Assembly (NCBI GenBank): GCA_963701095.1
Contig: OY969564.1
Coordinates: 2,561,687 to 2,625,686 of the forward strand
Direction of reading: 5' to 3'
DNA from: an uncultured Methanoregulaceae archaeon
GTDB lineage: Archaea; Halobacteriota; Methanomicrobia; Methanomicrobiales; Methanospirillaceae
DNA: 64,000 bases
Shown here: piece by piece, positions 32,394-47,903 of the stretch
Layout: every line of letters starts with the position of its first letter
Numbering within the stretch: the first letter of the stretch is position 1
Notes under the pieces: model-generated
Databases searched by the model: none
Told to the model about the DNA's origin: nothing
Seen by the model: only the letters and a program-made list of their open reading frames with translations
Program-made: the position numbers and the translations under genes

Positions 32394-32750
32394 TCAGTCA
32401 GTCCTCTTGACCATGACCTTAAAGAGCCCGTATGCAATCAAGCCAGCGGCGATAACCCCGACCATTGCCGAGACATAATAGCCTGGTGTCTGCGTGGGGA
32501 TGTCGGGATGGTCTCCCGGTAAATCATAGCCATCTAACGGCGCACTCCAGAGGCCGGTCAAATGTGCAAGTCCGTCCGGTACATAACCTATATCCCCCTT
32601 GAGTTCATCGGGGCCCCATTCCCCAAAAGCAGTTCCGCTGGCGATTAATCCGATTGGAACGAGGAGCATGAGAACAATCAGACAAATTGTGAGGGTTCTA
32701 ATCGTCTTATCCATTTTGTTGAATGAATCCATAATATCCATGCCGTTCAC
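32394..32750 (-). CDS. nikN: NikN/PDGLE-domain ECF component
   Basis: PIGLIA.GTAFGEWG, GYVP.GL, APL.GY, GY..SA.VG. Confidence 0.85.
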   Translation of the reverse strand: MNGMDIMDSFNKMDKTIRTLTICLIVLMLLVPIGLIASGTAFGEWGPDELKGDIGYVPDGLAHLTGLWSAPLDGYDLPGDHPDIPTQTPGYYVSAMVGVIAAGLIAYGLFKVMVKRTD

Positions 32751-32758
32751 CTCATTTA

Positions 32759-33486
32759 TTACGCCGGGGCTGCCCCCGGTTTGACCTCTTTATGCGAGTT
32801 CTTTTCAATTTCTTTATAATTAAAGATAACATCCGGACTGTTTTTTGCAATATACGCGAATGCTAAGCCGGTGACTATTAGCTCTACCCAACAGAAGAAA
32901 CCGAAATGATCTATCGCCATTGCCGGTACTGTCACATTAAGCCCATACGGCATGTAGAGAGGAACACCAGCGGCCGTATGTTCAAGAATCGGCTGAATGC
33001 CCATTTCAAACCCGGCAACACAGGCAGCGATGCCTAATCCGAAATACCCGCCGAGCGCGGCTGCAGCGATCCTCAAGTTTGAGGCAATCGGTGAGTTCCC
33101 TGCGATGAGTTTATAGATGAAGTATCCAGTAAAGGGAATAACCGTGGCCATGTTGAAACAGTTCGCACCATATGCCGTAATACCGCCGTCACCGAAGACG
33201 AGACACTGGATAATGAGTGCTACGGATGTGCACACAACTGCTGCCCATGGGCCAAGTACGACTGCGATCAGCGCACTTCCTACCGCATGTCCCGAACTGC
33301 CACCCGGAACCGGCACGTTAAACATCATGATCACAAACGAGAACGCTGCTCCCAGTGCAAGATACGGCACCTGCCGAGTCCGAAGATTTTTCTGTACCCG
33401 TACCCGGCGTAAAGCCAGATGGGGATCATGATCAGGTACATGGTGATAAAGGTCGTCGGACCCAAGTATCCATCAGGTATATGCAT
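32759..33486 (-). CDS. nikM: Nickel ECF S component NikM/CbiM with an indel near 33400
   Basis: Manual 5' translation MHIPDGYLGPTT from ATG 33486; FNVPVPGGSSGH, FGDGGITA.GAN. Confidence 0.9.
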
Positions 33487-33687
33487 TCTTCATAACACCT
33501 AAAAAGAATACAACCACATAGTTATAAAAAACTGCCGATTTGTGTTACTGACTACTACAAAAATAGATAAAATTATGAATAAATTCTTACGGCAGCCAAA
33601 AACCGGTATGGTATCTTCCTGCATTATTTGCTTTGTAGAAATCCTCAATTTCATTCGGAAAACAGCATTTCTCCAGAGCCAAAAAAT

Positions 33688-33908
33688 GCTCTTTTGAAAC
33701 GCTGGCAAAAATCATCGACGTGGAATTGAACTGCAATTGGTGTATATCCTTATCTCTTTCATCGAATGTATATGTCCATGAAGATACCTAAAGGGACAGA
33801 CAAAAATCGGGCTTTTGCAGAAAACCTCTCTAAAAAGGCTGTACCAATGAAAGAGCTAAGGAACGGCGTCTCTGACCCTTTTATGCAAAACAAATGGTGA
33901 GAAGACAC
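33688..33908. repeat. Dispersed intergenic repeat, copy A
   Basis: Shares the blocks TTTTGAAACGCTG.CAAAAATCA, GGACAGACAAAAA, AGAAAACCTCTCTAAAAA, ACCAATG and GGCGTCTC...CCCTTTTA with 50518-50752. Confidence 0.8.
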
Positions 33909-34158
33909 TATACTGTTGACAAACCGGTATATCGGGCTTGTTGAATTATCGTCCGGCTTGATCAAGGATGCAATCTTCATCCCGATTTGTCATAGAGGAA
34001 TTTTACACTCTTGTTTTATCTCTCTAAAAAAAATGGCGTTCTATCAGCAGTTTTTTACGTCTGTTTTTCAACCGTAGGTTTTATTGGTCGCAGAACCAAT
34101 AGTAATTGTGCTAATTATAAGGAATTTTTTTATTGACTTTTTCGAGGGAGGTTAATCC

Positions 34159-38687
<4,529 letters not shown>

Positions 38688-38773
38688 TCCTCATTTCTTT
38701 TAGGATCCGGTGGATAGGTTATCAGAACCTTTTTTGAGTGTTATTTCCAAAAGAATGATACGGATTTGAGCTT

Positions 38774-39286
38774 TTGACTATTGTACGATCTGATCGGGCA
38801 CTCACCGAATTCTATGCAATACTGCTCTTAATCGTGCTCATCGGTATAGCAGTTATACTTATTTTTAATGTTTCAACAGGATTTGTGGCCTCTCTTCTCC
38901 AGAAACCCCCTTCTTTTGCCGTCCAGGCTAAGGTCACTACACCGTATCCTGACAAAAGTGTAATCAGCCTCTACCACATGACTGGCGATACAGTTGAACT
39001 ATCAGGTCCGGTGCCATCGGGAGTCTTTTTCACTCTCGAAGCCCCGGACGGCGAGAAAATTGCCGTATCCCCGTCACCGGTCATGACCGGGAAACCCTGG
39101 ACCCGGGGTGACATAATAACCATTTACTTTGATGGTTCAAAGTTCTGGTTTACCGATGATGTTTCTACATTTGTCGCGAGGAACGGGCCCGGGGGAATGA
39201 CAAGTATGCCCCATGGGATCTGGATTATTTATATTACGGATCAAACCACGCAAGTCGTAGTGAACTCTCTTGAAGTGACCGTATGA
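38774..39286 (+). CDS. Archaeal type IV pilin-like protein
   Basis: Class III signal-like DRA/LTE plus hydrophobic helix; L.H.TGD and W..GD motifs. Confidence 0.7.
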   Translation: MTIVRSDRALTEFYAILLLIVLIGIAVILIFNVSTGFVASLLQKPPSFAVQAKVTTPYPDKSVISLYHMTGDTVELSGPVPSGVFFTLEAPDGEKIAVSPSPVMTGKPWTRGDIITIYFDGSKFWFTDDVSTFVARNGPGGMTSMPHGIWIIYITDQTTQVVVNSLEVTV

Positions 39287-39326
39287 ACGTTATATTTTAT
39301 AGGTAAAACGGGCAAACAAGGGGATT

Positions 39327-39749
39327 ATGCCTTTTTTCCGGAAGATCATCACTGTAACCACCAGGCACGAAGGCGAAGTGGTCAACCTGACGCGTCAGGT
39401 AGCCACAGTGGTCCGTGAAAGCGGTATACAAGAAGGTCTCATCCATCTTTTTGTCCGGCACTCGACTGCTGCGCTGACGACAATAGAGTACGAACCGGGG
39501 GTGCTTTCGGATCTTTCACGGGCGTTGTCTGTCCTGGCGCCCGATGATGCCGATTACGCCCACAACAGAAAATGGGGTGACGGTAACGGGCGTTCGCATG
39601 TTAAGGCAGCGCTGGTAGGTCCATGCCTGACTGTGCCTGTTACCGGTGGAGAACTCAGTTGCGGGACCTGGCAGCAGATTGTCCTGCTCGAACTCGATAC
39701 CAATGCGGGGCGGGACAGGGAAATTGTCTGTACAGTGTCCGGCGAATAA
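39327..39749 (+). CDS. yjbQ: YjbQ/UPF0047 family protein
   Basis: HSTAA, YEPG, Y.H...GD.NG.SH, GTWQQI. Confidence 0.9.
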   Translation: MPFFRKIITVTTRHEGEVVNLTRQVATVVRESGIQEGLIHLFVRHSTAALTTIEYEPGVLSDLSRALSVLAPDDADYAHNRKWGDGNGRSHVKAALVGPCLTVPVTGGELSCGTWQQIVLLELDTNAGRDREIVCTVSGE

Positions 39750-39809
39750 TTGCCAGAGTATTTCCAGCTGGACAAATGCTCTTATTCTTTCTGGTGCAAC
39801 CGTAGATGC

Positions 39810-40615
39810 ATGAGCGCGATTCTCCGGCGTCAGATCCTCAGGAAATGCGGCGGTTTGGATATCCCCCTTGTCGGATTTGCCCCTGCGGATCGTTGGGATG
39901 ATCCACCGTTTGAACCATGGGTGCCGGAGGCATTCAGGCCTTCATCTCTTTTTCCCGGGACAAAAACGGTAATAGTTATTGGATTTCCGGTGAGCCTTCC
40001 TATCGTGGACACATCACCGTCCATCTGGTACCATGAACTCTACCGGACTGTCAATATTTTACTTGATTCCTGTGGGTATCGATTGGCTACTTTTTTAACC
40101 GAGAAAGGGTACCCGTCCATCTGGGTGCCCCGGGACGGCTATGGGTCTATTGAAGTCCTAAAAGAAAAGCCAATCGCGTTCTTTTCGCACCGGCATGCGG
40201 CATTCTGTGCGGGCCTGGGTAATTTTGGGGAAAACAACATGCTTCTTACACCACAGTACGGTCCCCGGTCCGGTTTACATCCATCCTGTCCACCGCTGAA
40301 ATTCCCGGTGATCCGGTGATTAACGATCCCCTCTGCATCCACTGTCAGCGGTGTTTTTCCGTCTGCCCTGTTTCTGCGGTAGCGAGTGAAGGGTACCCGC
40401 AGGGGCTTACCGACAAGCACGCCTGCGCTGCCCGATCGGAAAAACTCAAAGGAAGGTACCTCTCTCCCTGCGGGTGTTGTATCAAGGTCTGCCCTGTCGG
40501 CAGGGACCGGGATCAGTACAACCGCACCGATATGAGGATGTATACCAAAGACGGTCTCTTGTCTGAACCATACCACCGCATTCAGGATCATGTACGGTCA
40601 TATGGATCACGGTGA
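39810..40615 (+). CDS. Epoxyqueuosine-reductase-like (QueG family) Fe-S protein with an indel near 40270
   Basis: VGFAP, FSHRHAA..AGLG.FG.N, YGPR; CxxCxxC...CP and CGxCIKVCP in the second frame. Confidence 0.85.
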
Positions 40616-40641
40616 AGGATCCGATTACCGGAAAGGCGGTC

Positions 40642-41565
40642 TTACGCAGGACCAGCAGGAGGCGCTCTGTGGATAGACCTGAACAGGAAATACCCCACAA
40701 TACCAAAGGTGACAACCGGTGACACAAACGCAGGGATCCCAAAGCCGAAACTGTCGAGGATCATGATGGTGCCAAGACAGAGAATCGAGTACATCGCCCC
40801 GTTCTTGAGAAACCGGTATTTCCTGATCGAGTCCACATTCCTGACTGTAATTTCCCGGACGATCAATGCCCCGATACCATTCCCAATAATGATGAGCGGA
40901 ACTGCCATCGTGAAAGCAAATGCGCCCATCACGCCGTCAATGGAAAAAGTGGCATCTATTATTTCGAGATAAAATATCTTACTCACATCAGAAAGATTGC
41001 CAGAGATCATGGTTCGTTCCTTTTCCTCCGCGTTCTGCCGGAAACCGTTTACAATAAAAAACGCGGTCGACCCGATCACTGCTCCAAAAGCCATTAACGG
41101 GTTTTTTCCCACAGCAAGACCGACAATGGCAGTAAGCAGGATAGAAATGACCGCGAAGAACCAGACCCCTTTTGAAGCAATATAACGTTCGCCCCGAATT
41201 CCGAATTCCTTCTCTTCTAAGAAAAGCCAGTGGAAAAACAGGAAGATAAGAAAAGTTCCTCCGCCAATCAGAAGTACCGGTGCAGATTGAGTAATGGCAG
41301 CTGCCATTACAGGATCGCTCGAGAAAGCTGCCGAAAAAGCCCCGATGGGTCCAAGAGAGGGGACGCCTGCCCAGACGATAAGCCATGGCAACCCCCCTCT
41401 GATAACAAAGACCGCGAACAGGAGACCCCAGATCAGAAACCAGCGTCGCGCCTTCTGGGACATCGTCGAAAGGACATCGGCATTAATAATGGCATTGTCG
41501 ATGCTTGTTATTGTCTCAAAGAGGCAGAGCCCGGCAATTGTCAGAATGATTGAGAAAATGTCCAT
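40642..41565 (-). CDS. DUF475/TerC-like membrane protein
   Basis: SIDNAIINA, YLEIIDATFSIDGV.GAFA, GNG.GA..VR, L..GA.YSI. Confidence 0.85.
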   Translation of the reverse strand: MDIFSIILTIAGLCLFETITSIDNAIINADVLSTMSQKARRWFLIWGLLFAVFVIRGGLPWLIVWAGVPSLGPIGAFSAAFSSDPVMAAAITQSAPVLLIGGGTFLIFLFFHWLFLEEKEFGIRGERYIASKGVWFFAVISILLTAIVGLAVGKNPLMAFGAVIGSTAFFIVNGFRQNAEEKERTMISGNLSDVSKIFYLEIIDATFSIDGVMGAFAFTMAVPLIIIGNGIGALIVREITVRNVDSIRKYRFLKNGAMYSILCLGTIMILDSFGFGIPAFVSPVVTFGIVGYFLFRSIHRAPPAGPA

Positions 41566-41717
41566 GTATCTATGTTCCTGTAGGCGCCAGACCGGTATTA
41601 ATTTTGGCTCACCAGCCTTGGTGTTACGCTCGAATACCGAGCTGATGAGAAATCGCTGGATGGGTGCCTTTAAACCACCGGCCGGTATATGTCAAAATAG
41701 CAAAGAGCCGGGGACTT

Positions 41718-42200
41718 ATGGTTTTTGAATGCCAGCAGTGTGGAGAATGCTGCAGCCATCTGGGGCTGGTACATAGCATTGTCGAGGATCACGGAAACTA
41801 TGAGTTCGTCGTTTTCAACAGATACACAAACGAATCTGATGTAGTTACGGTCGACGTTGACAAACGTGCCCTCTATGACGACATGAGCATTTTTGAAAAA
41901 CTTCCCGAGGTCTGCCCTTTCTTCCGTCATCAGCCGGGTTCGGAAAAAGCATACTGCACCATTCACTTGACCAGACCTGAAATATGCCGGGACTACGGGT
42001 GCTGGCGGATACTTATTGTAAACCGGAACGGATTACGGGTGGGCAGGATTATGTTTTCCCGATACCTCTGTTCGGAAGACCCTCTCTTAACCCGGATCTT
42101 CGAGGAATGTATTGATCCAATCCAGGAACCGGATGATGTTCGGTGGGACAATCTGGTCATAAAGGAGTTAACTGCCCGGGGATATACTGCCAGAAAATAA
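41718..42200 (+). CDS. YkgJ-family (UPF0153) cysteine-cluster protein
   Basis: FECQQCGECC, CPF, CTIH.TRP.ICR.Y. Confidence 0.85.
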   Translation: MVFECQQCGECCSHLGLVHSIVEDHGNYEFVVFNRYTNESDVVTVDVDKRALYDDMSIFEKLPEVCPFFRHQPGSEKAYCTIHLTRPEICRDYGCWRILIVNRNGLRVGRIMFSRYLCSEDPLLTRIFEECIDPIQEPDDVRWDNLVIKELTARGYTARK

Positions 42201-42602
42201 AAATATGACGGATTACACGGATCATCGTGCATCTCATTTGGACTGCGCGGTATAATCCGATATTACCTTTCCATCTACGTATACTATGAATAACGGTCAT
42301 TAATCGAAAGGATCACCACAACCTTCATGTAAAGCCTAATACGTATAGAAGAAATTGAAGTAATCCAGACACTGTTTTGGATTAGTGTTGAATATGACCG
42401 TCAGTGTCAGCAATGAAGACGATGATGAAGAGGATAAACGGTCTGCGTTTTCTCCTCCTTTTGTAATGATACGCTGCGATTACAGCACTCCAGCAGCGAG
42501 TAATGGTATGGATCTTTCTTTTCACCGGTATGTTCTATCAGCACCGGAAAACGGTTTACCCCGGACCCCTTCTGGTCTGGTTAAATATGGGCTGATCTGC
42601 CG

Positions 42603-43382
42603 ATGAACGATAGGTATAAGGTTCCGGGGCAGACCGGCGACTGGTTTGGGGTAGATCTGCCTGATCGGCCGCCGGTAAAGAGAAAGGCAGCTCTCCGGGA
42701 GGCGGCAATGGGAAATCCGGCAACCTCACTTCATCTCCCGCAGAAAAAAGAACCGGTGATGGCCCGGGATTCGCCAACTATAGTCCGACGTGATCATGCA
42801 TACCATGTGGTCGCCGAGGATTACTCGTACAAATCCGAGGCCTATTACACCATTCTCGCACATGAACTGGCCGGTGATGACATTCGCCCGTGCAGCAGGG
42901 CAGTCCTAGACGCATTCGTTGTACCGGTCTGCCTTGAACGTGCATCACATACTGGTATTCCGGTCGTTCCGTGGGGGATTTCGCAGGGTTACGTTCCGCT
43001 CCCGGCGATATTGTACGGTCTCAATTATTTCGCCACAACATCAGAATATTCCGTCGTGCAGGATACTACACAGGCAAAAGAGGTCATCAAGCATATCACC
43101 AACCTTGGTAAGTACCCCTTCTGTTACCAGAAGATCAGTGACAGAGCAGCCATCCACACCTGTACGGCAATTTTTGGCTGGACGCCCGGAAACAATGATG
43201 AGATCGTTACCACTGCAAAGAAGATCTATGATCTATTTGCTATCCCTCTGGTCAGCATGGTCTTTGTGCAGACGGGAAACAATTTTGCACTCTCGTCCCT
43301 TGCACCAACGCGATACACTCATCTTTCAGATGAGGAGCGTGCATTCCTTTCTGCATACCGGAATCACCAGGAGTTCCTATGA
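42603..43382 (+). CDS. RimK-like ATP-grasp N-terminal (RLAN)-type protein
   Basis: DYSYKSE.YY.IL..E..G...RP motif; coupled to an ATP-grasp gene. Confidence 0.7.
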   Translation: MNDRYKVPGQTGDWFGVDLPDRPPVKRKAALREAAMGNPATSLHLPQKKEPVMARDSPTIVRRDHAYHVVAEDYSYKSEAYYTILAHELAGDDIRPCSRAVLDAFVVPVCLERASHTGIPVVPWGISQGYVPLPAILYGLNYFATTSEYSVVQDTTQAKEVIKHITNLGKYPFCYQKISDRAAIHTCTAIFGWTPGNNDEIVTTAKKIYDLFAIPLVSMVFVQTGNNFALSSLAPTRYTHLSDEERAFLSAYRNHQEFL

Positions 43383-44251
43383 GCCACCTCGGAATTTTTG
43401 TGGATCGAAAGACTCTTTCTAACGCCGATCAGCTCAACGCCCTTATCCACTGCAGGGACGTGGCCGAAAAGCTTGGTCATAATGCAGAATTTCTCTTTCC
43501 GGTTGATATCAACAAGATCCCCAAATTAGACGCCCTTTTTATCCGGGCCCGTACTGACCCCATGAATATAACCTATGTCGCAGCCCGGATGGCAGAGTTC
43601 CATGGGATCCCTGTGCTTGACGATGCGAATTCGATCCAGATCTGCGGTGACAAGATCAATATGTATTCCCACCTGATCCAAAAGAATATTGCACTCCCAA
43701 AGACCGTTTTCCTCTCAAAAAACGATCTCAGTGTAGAAAAAGTAACAGATCTTTTTGATACGCTGGGGACTCCGTTGATTATTAAGGAACCCTCCACTTC
43801 CTTCTCGCTCCGTGTTGAAAAAGTCTCAGACATTGCGGGCTTTTTCCGGGTAGCCCGGCGGTTCATCAAGATGTCTGACTGGATCGTTGTCCAGCAGTTT
43901 GTGGAAAGTACCTATGACTGGAGGATCGGTGTCCTCGGGGGGAAACTTTTGTATGCCTGCAAATATACGATTCCTTCGGTAACGTTCAAGATTCAGGCAT
44001 CGGTCAACGGCCATGTTGTATATTGCGGCGTGGAAAGCATGCATCAGGTTGCAGTCCCCCCTTCGGTCATCAGTCTGGGTATAAATGCAGCAAACGCCAT
44101 CGGGAACGGGTTGTATGGTGTCGACATAAAAAACAATAACGGCGATGCATGTGTCATCGAAGTAAATGATAACCCGTCTCTGGAAAGTGGCGAAGATGCG
44201 TGTTACCCGCAGATCTATGAACAGATCGTCGATTACCTTTTTGCGGCGTGA
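43379..44251 (+). CDS. RimK-family ATP-grasp ligase
   Basis: DALFIR, DKI, PKT, IKEP..SFS..V.KV, DWRIGVL, GLYGVDIK, IEVNDNP. Confidence 0.9.
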   Translation: MSHLGIFVDRKTLSNADQLNALIHCRDVAEKLGHNAEFLFPVDINKIPKLDALFIRARTDPMNITYVAARMAEFHGIPVLDDANSIQICGDKINMYSHLIQKNIALPKTVFLSKNDLSVEKVTDLFDTLGTPLIIKEPSTSFSLRVEKVSDIAGFFRVARRFIKMSDWIVVQQFVESTYDWRIGVLGGKLLYACKYTIPSVTFKIQASVNGHVVYCGVESMHQVAVPPSVISLGINAANAIGNGLYGVDIKNNNGDACVIEVNDNPSLESGEDACYPQIYEQIVDYLFAA

Positions 44252-44257
44252 TAACCT

Positions 44258-44747
44258 TTGACAAGAAACTGGGAGCTTCGTGCTGAAGCTATCTGCATGG
44301 CATGCGGGGGACACTGCTGCGATAATGCACATCCTCCGGTGACCAAAAAAGCTGACGATCAGCTGATCGCCGCGGGAGTTCCGGAACCTTCATTTGAGAG
44401 AGATGGCTATCTCCGACTTTGTACGCGACCGGATGGCGAGCTGTATCCTTATGGTGGACCACAAATGTACCTATCACGATGTCAAACCTGAGACGTGCAG
44501 GGCAGGACCGTTCACTTTCGATGTGCCAGAAGATACAATCCGGATCTTTCTCAAACACGAAGCGATCTGCCCGATTGTCCAGATTTTCCGTGAAGAGCCC
44601 GAAATGTACCGCAGGCAGTATGAAAAGGCAGCAGAAAACATTCTCGGTCTCGTTGCCAATCTCACCGATACAGAAATTGCGGCGATTAACCGGATTGACG
44701 AACCTGATACAGATCTCGTCGCTGAAATCCCCCGGAAGCATGTATGA
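44258..44747 (+). CDS. YkgJ-family cysteine-cluster protein with an indel near 44440
   Basis: CxxCGGxCC..AHPP, then C..H..KPETCRAGPF in the next frame. Confidence 0.8.
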
Positions 44748-45857
44748 CCGTCGGCACAGAACACGAATATTCGATAAATGATGCAAACTTTGCGGCGCTT
44801 CCTGTTTCCGACCAGATTATAAAATCTATTTGCGGGAGTTTTTCCGACGAGATCCTTTTTGGAGACGTGAAACTGGGAAAGGAACTCCAAAAGACTGTAC
44901 TCGAATTTGTCCCCCGGATCCCCGCGTCAGGGGTGGCACCACTTGAAAAGATGCTCGTGCAGGGAATCCGGAAATTTTATCATATTTTTCCCACGGGGTA
45001 TCACCTGCTTGGTCTTGGCATGCACCCTACGCTCACCCTCGACAGGACTACTGTCTGGGATCACGATGAAAAAGAGTACGACGAGGCCTACAACCGGCTT
45101 TTTAATATCCGGCAGCATGGATGGCTCAATATTCAGGCATTCCAGATTAATCTCTCGTATACCGGGGAAAGAGATTTACTCGCGCAATACAACCGCATCC
45201 GCTCCCTCCTCCCGTATCTTATCGCGCTCTCGGCATCTTCTCCTATTGTAGAAGGCCGGCTGACCGGTGTAATGGATAACCGGCTTGTTTTTTACCGGGA
45301 AAACCAAAAAGAAGTACCCTGAGATCTGCAACAGCATTATTCCGTCGCGTCTTATGTCTCTTGGGGACTATCGGAAAGCTCAGGATTCTATTTATGACAA
45401 ACTTCGGTCGAGGGACGCGGAGATCCTGTGCGAGGAATGGCTCAATTCGAGTGGGCTTATCCTACGGTTCTCCCGGAACTGTCTTGAGATCAAGGCTCTT
45501 GACGAGCAGGAATGTGCCCGTTCTGATATGGCAATCCTCGCACTGCTCATGGCACTCCTCCGCTCCCCGGTGCTGCCGGTCGAGAGCGATCACGACGAGC
45601 TGCTTTCACTTACGGAAACGGCAATCCGGAAGGGTACAGCCGGATTACGGCCTGAACTTGAAACCTTGTTCCATCATGCATGGCATCATGCCACCACTGA
45701 GGAGCGGCAGTACCTTCCTGTTATTGAACACCGGATAACTCATGGCAGTCTTTCGGAGCAGATTGCGGAAAGATACCTTAAAGAGCAGAAAATCGAACCT
45801 ATCCTCACCGATATGGCTGCTTCCCTGCGGAAAAATGCGCCGTACGGGATAGAATGA
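44744..45857 (+). CDS. Glutamate--cysteine ligase family 2 (GCS2) protein with an indel near 45315
   Basis: GTEHEYSI, ELQK.VLE, GMHP, ASSP.VEG, DNRL, LEIK.LDEQEC. Confidence 0.85.
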
Positions 45858-45947
45858 ATATCGCGGTTTTTGATCTTCTGAACCTAGGCGGTAATATAGA
45901 ATCACAATATTTTCAAAATGTGTTTCAAAAACTGATTCAAAAGAATA

Positions 45948-46595
45948 TTACTTAACCGTCCGCTCGCCGGTTATCATGAAACGGACATTCTCAGCGATAG
46001 TGCATGCATGGTCTCCGGAGCGTTCCAGGTACCTGGCAACCATGACATAATAGGTACCCCGTTCTACCGTTGTGGGGTTTTCTTTCATGTAGGGGATCAT
46101 TTCTTGGAAGAATGAATGCCACAGTGTATCCACAACATCGTCCCGGGAAGAAAAATTTTTAATAAGAGTGAGATCCTCGTTTTTGTATGCAGTTATGGCA
46201 TCATCGATCATGCCAATAACCTGGTCAGCCATTTGCGGTATCACCGCCGATCGGGAAACGGAGGGCTGATTGTGCACATGTTTTGTCATATTTGCGATAA
46301 CTTTCCCGTATCTTCCAATGCGTTCAGCGGAGGAAATTATTTTGAGGGTGCATACGATTGTTCGCATATCTTTTGCCATTGGCTGGTTCATAGCAATCAT
46401 CTGGTAAGCCCTCTCCTCAAGATCAGGGGACAATTCACGGAGATGGTTTTTCTTTTGTTTAAACTCTGCCGCTTTTGTAACGTCTTCATTTATCAGGACA
46501 ACAATCGATTCTTTGAGCATATCCTGCGCAAAACGTGCCATATCGACGGTATCCTGTTTCAACAGGTTTAATTCTGTCCGAAATTTTTCAGTCAT
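45948..46595 (-). CDS. phoU: Phosphate uptake regulator PhoU
   Basis: QPMAKD.R, ERIG, D..VD, ARYLER.GDH...IAE. Confidence 0.9.
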   Translation of the reverse strand: MTEKFRTELNLLKQDTVDMARFAQDMLKESIVVLINEDVTKAAEFKQKKNHLRELSPDLEERAYQMIAMNQPMAKDMRTIVCTLKIISSAERIGRYGKVIANMTKHVHNQPSVSRSAVIPQMADQVIGMIDDAITAYKNEDLTLIKNFSSRDDVVDTLWHSFFQEMIPYMKENPTTVERGTYYVMVARYLERSGDHACTIAENVRFMITGERTVK

Positions 46596-47002
46596 TATTC
46601 ATCCCGGTAAAAATTTTCTCATTTCAATATCATTATTATGAATAATGAAGGTTTGTACGCGAAAAGGACTGCTTTTTTTCATTTTTATTCACAAATACCA
46701 AGATAAAACCCAAAAAAATGCTGCCTTTTTACGAAGGATTTCGGCATTTCGAATCAAATATGTGCGATGATTTGTCCAGCTCACAATCCCCTTTATTCGC
46801 AATAGATAAAAAAGAAACAGACCGATCCGGATAAATATATTTCAAAATTAATGCATTTTCTGTCTTTTAAAACGCTAATTTGGATGTGATTTTCTTGATT
46901 AAAGTGTCGTTGATTGGCAGATGGTATTTTACAGTTCAATTAATCGTCAATGTAACAGTAATGTTTACAAAATATTTTATATTAATATAGCATTTTCAGA
47001 GC

Positions 47003-47326
47003 ATGTATCTAATATCCCCACGTGATTTTTCCCGATTGAATGCTGATATCAGTAACGAGATTGAAAAGGTTTTATTAAAGTTTGTTAACGATGGGAAAAT
47101 TAAGGTAATTCCCGATTCAAAACAATTAAAATCAGCACCTGGGAGCGAGAAACGAAAAAGAGGACGGCCGCGAAAGGTAATATCTGTCGAGAAAATCGAA
47201 CAAAAAGAAAAGAGGCCCCGAGGCAGACCACGCAAAATGAAAACTATAAAATCTGCCGACAACCCCAAAAGAAAACGCGGACGACCAAAGAAAAATGTAA
47301 TCATTGAATCCGAAAAATCAGATTAA
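47003..47326 (+). CDS. Small basic protein with three AT-hook motifs
   Basis: KRKRGRPRK, KRPRGRPRK, KRKRGRPKK; TATA-like TTTTATATTA about 20-25 bp upstream. Confidence 0.75.
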   Translation: MYLISPRDFSRLNADISNEIEKVLLKFVNDGKIKVIPDSKQLKSAPGSEKRKRGRPRKVISVEKIEQKEKRPRGRPRKMKTIKSADNPKRKRGRPKKNVIIESEKSD

Positions 47327-47903
47327 ATACTTAGGTCTCCTGAATATTCCTTTTTATTCGGTATGGAACATTCATTTTCTGTTATTTCTGATGCGAGAGG
47401 TGAGGTCTGTACCCATGAACTCGCTATAAAACGGATCCTGAATCATGCTGCTTCGCCACCCTCGTTGGTTTGCTTTTGAAGTACTTCTCTCAAGTCTAAT
47501 CCATGGTGGCCGTGTGGCCCCCGGAATACGGGAGGAAAACGCGGAAAAACTCCCAGGGGCCCGGTGCACGGTAAGGCAGATGTTTTCTGTAGGTATTATT
47601 GATGATATGCATTGCATCGATGCATTGCAGAAGGAATTGATGAAAGTATACTCAGAATATTAAGAAAGTTCCGAGTGACCACTCTCTCCTCACTGCAGAG
47701 TTGAGCATATACAGAAGTAGTTCTGCACGTTTCTCGTGTTCATTGGTTTTGACATCAGCATATCTTCGGGCATGTTCCGCCATAATGAATGCTTTTGTAT
47801 GAAGCTTTATTCCGGATCGAAGTCTTGTAATCCGTAAACCTTTACAATCCGGGAGAGTGGCTAAATACCCGTTTGCCCTATATTTTTGAATACAGGTGAC
47901 ATC

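Noticed and set aside
46996..47304. Antisense ORF with GRP motifs
   Set aside because: Shadow of the AT-hook gene; this and the many other antisense ORFs in the track overlap well-supported genes
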